Shown here in pieces: positions 26,892 through 34,861 of a DNA stretch of 64,000 nt. The notes below the pieces were generated by a model that saw only the letters and a program-made list of their open reading frames with translations, made no database searches and was not told where the DNA came from. The DNA lies in contig JBAZQN010000008.1 of NCBI GenBank assembly GCA_041645165.1, forward strand, positions 2,374-66,373. The letters are read 5' to 3'. The first letter of the stretch is position 1; the number at the start of each line of letters is the position of its first letter. The position numbers and the translations under genes are program-made. The stretch comes from Patescibacteria group bacterium. Lineage in GTDB: Bacteria > Patescibacteriota > Patescibacteriia > 2-02-FULL-49-11.

Positions 26892-28301
26892 TTGTCGAAT
26901 CATAACTTATACGATATGAAAAAAAGAAATTTGCGGAAATTTTGGAAATTGGGGAATGCCGACTATGCCACGAAGCATTTTGACGTGAATAAAGATGGCG
27001 AGCTTATCGTGCGCGAGGGTAACTATCAATATAATGTCAAAGATTTGTGCGATCGTTTTGGCACATCATTGGAGCTGTTATTTCCCCACGTGATTGAAGA
27101 GCGTCTTAACGAAACATTTGACGCGTTCCATGCGGCGATGCGAGCGCAGCGCTATCGGGGAAAATTTTTTTTCCATTACCCTATGAAGGCGAACCAAACG
27201 AAAGAATTTATACTTCCCGCTGTTTCAGAAGGCGCCCATCTTGAAACGAGCTCGGCGAATGAGCTCTGGATTGTCAAACGTATGTGGGAACAGGAGCAAT
27301 TTTCCACTAAAATAAAGGTATTGTGCAACGGTCCGAAAACCAATAAATATTTATCTTTGATTGAGGAATTGAAGCTCAAGAATTTGGATATTGTTCCCAT
27401 CGTAGAAAATTATTGGGAGTTTGAATATCTCCGTAGCTACCGCGGCGATATTGGCATCCGATGGGCACCTACCACCCGTATACGCTCACATTGGGACAAG
27501 CCGACCGATCAATTCGGTTTTCCCACTAAGGATTTGATCGGGCTTGGGAAGATAAGAAATCTCAAATTAATGAGTTACCACGCTGCCTCACAGGTAACGA
27601 GCGCACAAGATTTGATTACGCTTGCACGCGAGGCAATGGGGGTATACCTGCGGGTGAAGAAGAATAATCCAATGCTCGATGCGCTGAATATTGGAGGAGG
27701 GTTTGCCGTGCCGTATGAAAAGAAGAAAAAAATATACACTGTACAACAAGTAGCTCCGCGTATCGTACGGACGATTAAGTCTGCCGCAGAGCGCGGTGGG
27801 GTGCCACATCCGGATATCATTGTCGAGTGGGGACGGTATCTTATGGCACCAGCACAAATCACTGTTTATAAAATCATCGCCGAGAAAGAGATAGCCATCA
27901 ACGGTCATTCCAGGGATTCAAAACACTGGTACTTTATTGACGGAAGCATTATGAATGATTTACCGGATACCTGGGGAGTAAACCAGCGTTGGCATGTAAT
28001 TCCGATTAATTATATGGATGCAGTAAAATTATCACGCGTCTGGCTATCCGGATCAAGCTGTGATTCGGACGATAAGTACACCAATGGCGGTGAATGCGTT
28101 CGTTTACCGCGCCTGCAGGATCTGCGAGAAGGTGAGCCATTGTATGTAGCGGTGCTTGATACGGGAGCCTACCAGGATGCACTGGCGAGCCTTCATTGTA
28201 TGCTTTCAAGCCCTGAAAAACTCGTAATCCAAAACGGGGTTATCACTGTTGCGTGCAAACGCGATACGCCAGAAGAAGTGGGGATGAAATTTGGGTGGTA
28301 G
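26892..28301 (+). CDS. Fold-type III PLP-dependent decarboxylase (Orn/DAP/Arg decarboxylase family); arginine decarboxylase suspected from context.
   Basis: HYPMKANQ (PLP-Lys, cf. YAVKAN), NIGGGF and SGSSCDSDD (cf. the CGPTCDSxD substrate loop). Neighbours are agmatine-pathway genes. Confidence 0.6.
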   Translation: MSNHNLYDMKKRNLRKFWKLGNADYATKHFDVNKDGELIVREGNYQYNVKDLCDRFGTSLELLFPHVIEERLNETFDAFHAAMRAQRYRGKFFFHYPMKANQTKEFILPAVSEGAHLETSSANELWIVKRMWEQEQFSTKIKVLCNGPKTNKYLSLIEELKLKNLDIVPIVENYWEFEYLRSYRGDIGIRWAPTTRIRSHWDKPTDQFGFPTKDLIGLGKIRNLKLMSYHAASQVTSAQDLITLAREAMGVYLRVKKNNPMLDALNIGGGFAVPYEKKKKIYTVQQVAPRIVRTIKSAAERGGVPHPDIIVEWGRYLMAPAQITVYKIIAEKEIAINGHSRDSKHWYFIDGSIMNDLPDTWGVNQRWHVIPINYMDAVKLSRVWLSGSSCDSDDKYTNGGECVRLPRLQDLREGEPLYVAVLDTGAYQDALASLHCMLSSPEKLVIQNGVITVACKRDTPEEVGMKFGW

Positions 28302-28357
28302 TGCGCTCGGTTTTCATACCATCATGGCGTGTCATAAAAAAGAACAGTAGAGGAAAT

Positions 28358-29014
28358 TTATGAAGTTATGGACTTAATAACCGAAAAAGCTTGGTCTACA
28401 TCAGTATTCATGAAAAACATGTTTAATTCCCAGCCAATTGATATGACTTCGATGACACCTATTCCATTCCAGGCCAATGCTTTCAGTATTAAATAATACA
28501 CATCTGGTGGAGAAGTAAGGGTCATTTTTGTTGATAGTTTTATGGTGATTGAGGATAGATCTTTTACTTTTACTACATTCTTCTGATTTTTTAAGATTTT
28601 TTCTACATCTTTTTCTAATTCACTGCTTACGATAATAGTCGCTTCAGTAAGCCCTACTGATATATTGAAAAATGTATCTTTTTTATTCTCTGTCTTTTTC
28701 AGAATCTCTTGGTGTATATTGATAACACTCGGAGAATTGAGAAACATAAATTCGACAAGATTTGAGCGTACGGTAATGTTCTTTGAATCCTTCAATACTT
28801 CTACATTGGAAGTTGGCGGCTTTAATTTTCTTTTGATTCGGTGGAGGGCCATAGCTACCGCCTCCTCGGAAATTTCTTCGAGCAGTTTTTTCTCTATTTG
28901 AGGGCGCAGTTGCCTCGCTACTCCGGAAATATTTACCATATCTGCATACAGCACCTCCGACAAAAAGGGCGAACGGTCGATAAGGTCTTGTACAACTTGG
29001 GAAATGGTTGTCAT
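28358..29014 (-). CDS. Hypothetical protein (possible tandem ACT-like regulatory domains).
   Basis: No firm motif. A beta-alpha-beta-beta-alpha-beta pattern is suggested by alternating hydrophobic stretches. Confidence 0.25.
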   Translation of the reverse strand: MTTISQVVQDLIDRSPFLSEVLYADMVNISGVARQLRPQIEKKLLEEISEEAVAMALHRIKRKLKPPTSNVEVLKDSKNITVRSNLVEFMFLNSPSVINIHQEILKKTENKKDTFFNISVGLTEATIIVSSELEKDVEKILKNQKNVVKVKDLSSITIKLSTKMTLTSPPDVYYLILKALAWNGIGVIEVISIGWELNMFFMNTDVDQAFSVIKSITS

Positions 29015-29134
29015 GTTGGAATTATAACAATGTGTGATAATTTTGTCAATATTGTTATAAAATTTGCTTAATATAGTGAATCCTTATAAACTGTGCGTAG
29101 TTCTTTAAAATATGTTTAATTTAAGGAGATTTTC

Positions 29135-29737
29135 ATGGAAGGTTTCAGAGCGATCGTAGGCCCACTAGCGGGCGCGTTAGCAGCATTCGCAATCGCCCGA
29201 TATATATGGGCGATTTTCCAGACGATGAGGCTACCGTCTGGACAGAGAGTCACGCCGAACCGCGTGACGTGGGGAGTAATCTCTGTTATTGGCTGGACCT
29301 TTCTAGCCAATAACGTAGCTATGGGGGCGACCTACACTCTGTGGCTACCCATGGTGTACGCCATGGGACCAACAATAGTCGCTCTGATCTCAATCCGACA
29401 TGGGGTTGGAGGGCGAGATAAGAATGACATCGTTGCCGGAACCATCGCAGTATTAAGCCTTATACTGTGGTGGTGGCTAGGCCTTTCGGCGGGATTCGCC
29501 GCCAACTTGATGGCCGACATTGCGGCGATCTACCCGACCATCAGGAAGGCCTACCGTCAACCCGGAACGGAAGACCGCACAGCATGGGTGTGCACAACCA
29601 TTGGCTGCGTGATCAACCTGATGGCGGTTCCTGCTCCCTGGTCGGGAGTAGGTGCCTACGCTGCCTATCAGGTGGTCGCAAACGGGACCATCGCGGTTCT
29701 CGCGTTGCGACGCAAAAACGTGAAAAATACCAGCTAA
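29135..29737 (+). CDS. Hypothetical polytopic membrane protein; GC-rich (high-50s %) compositional outlier.
   Basis: About 6 hydrophobic helices. GC is clearly above the window average. Confidence 0.4.
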   Translation: MEGFRAIVGPLAGALAAFAIARYIWAIFQTMRLPSGQRVTPNRVTWGVISVIGWTFLANNVAMGATYTLWLPMVYAMGPTIVALISIRHGVGGRDKNDIVAGTIAVLSLILWWWLGLSAGFAANLMADIAAIYPTIRKAYRQPGTEDRTAWVCTTIGCVINLMAVPAPWSGVGAYAAYQVVANGTIAVLALRRKNVKNTS

Positions 29738-29859
29738 GTCTTTTAGACCTCGCTGGTATTACATTTTCAGGTAAGCAATTTTCCCCTAGATTTTGAAATT
29801 GATGAAGATTTTTGTTATACTGAGACTATCATTTGTTTAAACAATAATACAGAGGCCAT

Positions 29860-31119
29860 ATGAGATTAGGCGAATATCCAGCGCAAGATGTGAGAGATAT
29901 TCTTCTGCGTGCTCAGCAGGGGACTGAAGTCGTACTCACCCCTGATTCGAGATCATTAGTAGATTTTCACGCTCTCCTCATAAAAAAATTTAGACCCGGT
30001 GAAGTTGAGCCTCTTGAAGTTTTTCAGGATGAGATGAGCCGCAATCAAAATCAGGATTCAAATGTGCGCTTTATCGGTGTTGTAGCAAGAGATCCTTTAA
30101 ATAACGAGGTAATAAGCGGCGCGTATGGTTCTGTGCAAGACGGTATTTTGGCAATACGTTTTACTTTAACTGAAGGAGACGAGTATCTTGGTACCCCTGC
30201 TACTGAACAAGCGGAAAAACAAGGATACCAAGGCTTCAGTGCATATCGTAGTACTGGAGTAAGTCAGTGGGTGGATGAGCTTCTTGTAGAAGTAGCACGG
30301 GAGCAACAGAAACTAATGAATCCTGAAAAGGATTTAGTTGCGTTGGTGTGTGAAGCGGTACCAAAATCTCAACATTATTGGAATAAGTTAGAAATAGAGC
30401 CGGGTAATGGGATGAGAAGACTGTACAAGCCAGAGTCAGGAGAAGAAGTGCATTATGAATTGCCTCCACTTGCTTGGAATAAAGATGGTACGCCTGCTCA
30501 GGAAGGTATTACTGAGCATCTTCAAATCGCAGTAAAAGGCCACCAAGACAGTGTTCTCGTGTCAGAATTAGAAAAAATTCTGAAAGATTGGTGGAAAGCG
30601 TGGTATATTCGCCCACGAGACCAGTTTGAGAGCAATGAGGCGTGGGAGCTTCACAAAAGAACAGTCTGGAATATTCTTGAAAATAATATTATTGCTCCAA
30701 TACGCGACGCCGGAGAATTAAAATTAATAGCAAATGCAATTACAAGAAGCGAGCTCCCAAAATCAAGGCGTATTAATAGTTTAGATAAAGTTGTAGTTGG
30801 CGAAATTCTCTCAATCTCAAATCACCCGTATGCAAAAAGAATTCGAATTGCTCGAGTTAATGTCGGTGAGGAGACATTGCAAATAATATTTGGCGGACCC
30901 AATATTGGGAAAGTGGGTGACAAGGTGGCTGTGGCCTTGCCGGGAACTATGACTGACCATGGCAAATTAAAACCACAACATTTCCGACAAGAAGCTTCCG
31001 AAGCAATGATATGTTCTGCGGTTGAATTAGGATTTGTTGAAGGGGGTCCTGATGAGATTTTGATTCTTTCACATGATTCAAAGCCTGGTGCGTCCATATC
31101 AAAGCCGGAAAATGGATAA
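29860..31119 (+). CDS. Hypothetical protein with a C-terminal tRNA-binding OB-fold domain (CsaA/Trbp111/EMAPII-like).
   Basis: C-terminal VVVGEILSISNHPYAKRIRIARVNVGEETLQIIFGGPNIGKVGDKVAVALPGT matches the tRNA_bind domain found in MetRS/PheT/CsaA. The N-terminal ~300 aa has no recognisable family. Confidence 0.5.
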   Translation: MRLGEYPAQDVRDILLRAQQGTEVVLTPDSRSLVDFHALLIKKFRPGEVEPLEVFQDEMSRNQNQDSNVRFIGVVARDPLNNEVISGAYGSVQDGILAIRFTLTEGDEYLGTPATEQAEKQGYQGFSAYRSTGVSQWVDELLVEVAREQQKLMNPEKDLVALVCEAVPKSQHYWNKLEIEPGNGMRRLYKPESGEEVHYELPPLAWNKDGTPAQEGITEHLQIAVKGHQDSVLVSELEKILKDWWKAWYIRPRDQFESNEAWELHKRTVWNILENNIIAPIRDAGELKLIANAITRSELPKSRRINSLDKVVVGEILSISNHPYAKRIRIARVNVGEETLQIIFGGPNIGKVGDKVAVALPGTMTDHGKLKPQHFRQEASEAMICSAVELGFVEGGPDEILILSHDSKPGASISKPENG

Positions 31120-31191
31120 GAAACCCTAAAATAATGTTATGTCTATTTCTCTTGACCTTTCACCACCGCAATATTCCGACAGAAGTGGATT

Positions 31192-32337
31192 GTGATCACA
31201 AGCGATTTAATTCTAAACTTATGCTATATGAATAAAGCAAAACTCAATAAACTATCTCATGGGCTCAAACAGTTGATTATCCAGGAATCAGGTGCTGGAA
31301 AAGTCGCTAAAGGCACATTAAGCGATTATATAAAACGAAGCAAAACGCCGGTAGTGGCATTAGCCGAGCGAACCTTAAATCATTGCAACGCAGGCGCCAC
31401 GCTCCAGGCTGCCCAATGGTTGAAGCAACATGTGGAAAATGGAGGCAAAATAGTAGTAACAATTGCAGGCGCACTTAGTTCATTTCAAATCGGCGTTATG
31501 CTCGCGGAGCTTATCCGGAAAGATAAAGTGCATCTTATATCAGCCACCGCCGCCAATCACGAAGAGTCTTATTATCGCTATGTCGCGCATTCGCACTATG
31601 CGTATATTCCTCGTTATACGGAATTAACCCCAGAGCAGGAAGCAGAATTGCGCGATGCGGGATTGCGGCGCATTACCGACACGTTTCTTCCGGAAGACGA
31701 GAGCGTCCGCATCATGGAGCCGCATTTGGTGAAAATGTGGAAAGAAGCGCAGGCGAAGGGCGAGCGTTATTTCCCCCACGAATATTTCCGTCGGTTGTTT
31801 GAGAAAAATCTTATTAAACCCGATACAGGCGCGAACCCTGACGATTGCTGGGCGTATGCGGCGTATAAAAAAAATATTCCCATTGTTATTCCGGGATTCG
31901 AAGATTCCACCATGGGTAATATTTTTGCGAGTTATACTTATGGCGGTAAATACCGTTTGAACAAAGATCCGCTTTTTGACCCCCACATCATCAAGACCGG
32001 CCTTGAATACTTTACCTGGCTCTACGAATGGTACATGGCGACTGCCAAAAAAAGCTCTCTCGCGTTTCTTCAGTTAGGCGGAGGCATTGCGGCTGATTTC
32101 CCCATCTGTGTCGTGCCGTCATTGATACATGACCTTCAGCTGCACGGGAAAGTCCGCCCCTGGGCGGGATTTATTGAAATTGGCTCTTCCCCAATGTCCT
32201 ACGGTTCGTACTCCGGCGCCGGTGGCAAGGAGAAAATCACCTGGGACAAACTTACTCCTGAAAGTTATTATCAGATCATCCAGAGCGACGCCACGGTCGT
32301 CTTCCCCTGGATTGCCGCAGTCTTGCTGGATTTATAG
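31192..32337 (+). CDS. Deoxyhypusine synthase-like (DHS-like) protein.
   Basis: Blocks align by eye to eukaryotic DHS: VVTIAGALSS...ISATAANHEES (cf. VTTAGGVEED), IPIVIPGFEDSTMGNIFASYTY (cf. [22 protein letters not shown]), LGGGIAADF (cf. LGGGVVKHH), GSYSGAGGKEKITWDKL (cf. GSDSGARPDEAVSWGKI). Confidence 0.6.
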   Translation: MITSDLILNLCYMNKAKLNKLSHGLKQLIIQESGAGKVAKGTLSDYIKRSKTPVVALAERTLNHCNAGATLQAAQWLKQHVENGGKIVVTIAGALSSFQIGVMLAELIRKDKVHLISATAANHEESYYRYVAHSHYAYIPRYTELTPEQEAELRDAGLRRITDTFLPEDESVRIMEPHLVKMWKEAQAKGERYFPHEYFRRLFEKNLIKPDTGANPDDCWAYAAYKKNIPIVIPGFEDSTMGNIFASYTYGGKYRLNKDPLFDPHIIKTGLEYFTWLYEWYMATAKKSSLAFLQLGGGIAADFPICVVPSLIHDLQLHGKVRPWAGFIEIGSSPMSYGSYSGAGGKEKITWDKLTPESYYQIIQSDATVVFPWIAAVLLDL

Positions 32338-32422
32338 ACTTTGAATTACCCAAAGTAATGCACTTATTTGTATAAAATACCAATTCGACTCAGCTCACTA
32401 TGACATGAATCGCGAAACGTAA

Positions 32423-32758
32423 ATGACATCAGAAATCGCTTTAAAATTTATTTTCTTTGGCTTAATCGTCCTAGCGGTTGCTCTCGAAGTGACCGGTGAT
32501 ATTTTTTTCAAAAAATGGTCTATTGACAGTAGAAACGTTTTACTTTATTTTGGCCTTTTGATTTATTTTATTGGAACCATTTTTTGGGCGATTTCGCTGA
32601 AATATGAATATTTATCAAAAGCAATCTCTGTATTTACTGTTTTGAATTTAGTTATTGTTGCTCTTGTGGGCGTTCTCTATTTCAAAGAAGATTTGTCTTT
32701 GATAAATAAAATTGGAATCGGGTTAGGAATTTTGAGTGTTGTTCTTATTGAAATTTAA
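32423..32758 (+). CDS. SMR-family (EmrE/MdtI/MdtJ-like) small multidrug/spermidine exporter; low GC.
   Basis: 111 aa with 4 TM helices and a conserved Glu in TM1 (LAVALEVTGDIFFKKW). Confidence 0.6.
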   Translation: MTSEIALKFIFFGLIVLAVALEVTGDIFFKKWSIDSRNVLLYFGLLIYFIGTIFWAISLKYEYLSKAISVFTVLNLVIVALVGVLYFKEDLSLINKIGIGLGILSVVLIEI

Positions 32759-32768
32759 TGTGACAAAC

Positions 32769-33623
32769 ATGAGCAGTCAAAAAATTAAAATAGGCCTTGT
32801 GCAGATGCGCTGCAGTGAAAATAGCGTTAAAAATCTGGCTCATGCGATCGAGGAGATTAAGAAAACAGCGGACAGTGGCGCACAAATAGTATGTTTGCCA
32901 GAATTTTTTTTATCGAAATATTTTTGCCAAGGGCCGAAAGATGATAAAAATTTCAAACTAGCGGAACCGATTCCCGGACCGACCACTGAAGTGCTGGGGA
33001 AGCTCGCGCTTCAATATAAAATAGTCATACTCTGCTCATTGTTTGAACAAGCTGACAGAGGCAAATATTTTAATTCCATTGCGGTTATTGATACGCAAGG
33101 CAAAATCGCTGGTGTTTACCATAAAATGCACATTCCTTCAATCCCGTCGGGGCTTTACTCGGAGGATTATTATTTTCATAAAGGCGATAAAGGAGTCATC
33201 GTAGTTGATACGCCTTACGGTAAAATCGCGCCGTTGATTTGTTACGACCAATGGTTTCCCGAACTTGCGCGCATTGCAGCGGTGAAGGGAGCTCAAATCA
33301 TTTTTTATCCGACTGCCATTGGATGGCCGCACGATAATCCAAAATGGAAAAGACAAGCCGAACATGAAGCCTGGCAGATAATCCAACGCAGCCATGCAAT
33401 TGCCAATAATGTGTTTGTAGCGGCGGTCAATAGAATTGGCGTAGAGGGGGATCTGAAATTTTGGGGAACGTCGTTTGTAAGCGACCCGTATGGAAGAGTG
33501 ATTACTATGGCCGCAACAGACAAAGAAGAAAATGTGGTAGTGGAATGTGACTTAACTTTAATAGACAAAATGAGAAAAGATTGGCCCTTTTTGAAGGAAA
33601 GGAGAATTATGTGTGAAATTTAA
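32769..33623 (+). CDS. aguB: Carbon-nitrogen hydrolase; N-carbamoylputrescine amidase (AguB)-like.
   Basis: IKIGLVQMRCSENSVKNL...GAQIVCLPEFFLSKYFCQ closely resembles AguB N-termini. CN-hydrolase Glu/Lys/Cys (ICYDQWFPE) triad context. Confidence 0.7.
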   Translation: MSSQKIKIGLVQMRCSENSVKNLAHAIEEIKKTADSGAQIVCLPEFFLSKYFCQGPKDDKNFKLAEPIPGPTTEVLGKLALQYKIVILCSLFEQADRGKYFNSIAVIDTQGKIAGVYHKMHIPSIPSGLYSEDYYFHKGDKGVIVVDTPYGKIAPLICYDQWFPELARIAAVKGAQIIFYPTAIGWPHDNPKWKRQAEHEAWQIIQRSHAIANNVFVAAVNRIGVEGDLKFWGTSFVSDPYGRVITMAATDKEENVVVECDLTLIDKMRKDWPFLKERRIMCEI

Positions 33624-33696
33624 TTGTCAAATAAAGGTACATTATTTTCACGATCGTGAAAATAATTGCTCTTGTTAAAAATAACTCAATACCGAT

Positions 33697-34710
33697 ATGA
33701 GATATTTTATGCCGGCGGAATGGGAGCCTCATAAGGGTACGTGGATTGCCTGGCCGCATAACCGCGATCATTGGCCCGGTAAGTTCGATTCCATCCCTGG
33801 AGTTTTCGCTGAAATAATACAAAAACTTACAAAAAGTGAGAAAGTTTTTTTATTGGTGAACGACGATGCAATGGAACAAGAAGCTCGCCGTATATTAAAT
33901 GAAAAGAATACTTTAATGTCGCAGGTTGAATTTGTACAGATTCCCACGAATACCTCTTGGACGCGCGATTACGGTCCAATTTTTATCCGCGATACGCAGG
34001 GTAAATTAAGCGTTATGGATTGGATCTTTACTTCATGGGGAAATAAATATCCGCCGTTCGATCTTGATGATATAGTCCCGAAAAAAATATGTCAGCAATT
34101 CGAATTTTCGCTTATAGAGCCGGGCATAGTACTGGAAGGCGGGTCCATAGACGTAAACGGGAAGGGATCGTTATTGACTACCGAACAATGCCTTTTAAAT
34201 AAAAATCGCAATCCGCAGCTCAACCGCACTCAAATTGAAGTTAATTTAAAAAAATATCTCGGCGCTTCGAATATTTTGTGGCTAAAGCGGGGGATTGCGG
34301 GAGACGATACGGATGGACACATAGATGATTCAGCGCGATTTACAGATCCGTCGACTATTGTATGCGCCGTGGCGGAAAGCACAGATGATCCCGATTATGA
34401 TGTATTGCGGCATAATTATGAAGATTTAAATAAATTTCGTGATCAAGATGGAGAACCTTTTAGAGTAATTCCATTTCCAACCCCTGACCCCGTGATATAT
34501 GAAGGTCAAAGGCTTCCGGCGAGTTACATAAATTTTTACATCGCAAATAAGAGTGTACTTTTACCTACCTTTAGGTGTAAAAAAGATCAAGAAGCGCAGC
34601 GTATACTTCAAGAGCTTTTCTCCACTCGTTCCGTTATTGGTATAGATTGTACTGATCTTATCTGGGGTCTGGGGGCCATACATTGTTCAACGCAGCAGCA
34701 GCCTTTATGA
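33697..34710 (+). CDS. aguA: Agmatine deiminase (AguA; PAD_porph family).
   Basis: MPAEWEPHKGTWIAWPHN N-terminal hallmark and the C-terminal GLGAIHCSTQQQP catalytic Cys motif. Confidence 0.85.
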   Translation: MRYFMPAEWEPHKGTWIAWPHNRDHWPGKFDSIPGVFAEIIQKLTKSEKVFLLVNDDAMEQEARRILNEKNTLMSQVEFVQIPTNTSWTRDYGPIFIRDTQGKLSVMDWIFTSWGNKYPPFDLDDIVPKKICQQFEFSLIEPGIVLEGGSIDVNGKGSLLTTEQCLLNKNRNPQLNRTQIEVNLKKYLGASNILWLKRGIAGDDTDGHIDDSARFTDPSTIVCAVAESTDDPDYDVLRHNYEDLNKFRDQDGEPFRVIPFPTPDPVIYEGQRLPASYINFYIANKSVLLPTFRCKKDQEAQRILQELFSTRSVIGIDCTDLIWGLGAIHCSTQQQPL

Positions 34711-34861
34711 GCCATTTTGTCTGAAACGGCTCGAATGAATAGCTTAAATAATGAAATATAAATTACCTATCGTACATGGCGGTTTTTTTGTTTTTATGGT
34801 ACTCTGTGAGTGAAATTATTGATTAATGAGCCATTTGGCGCGAAATGGCTTGATTATAAAT

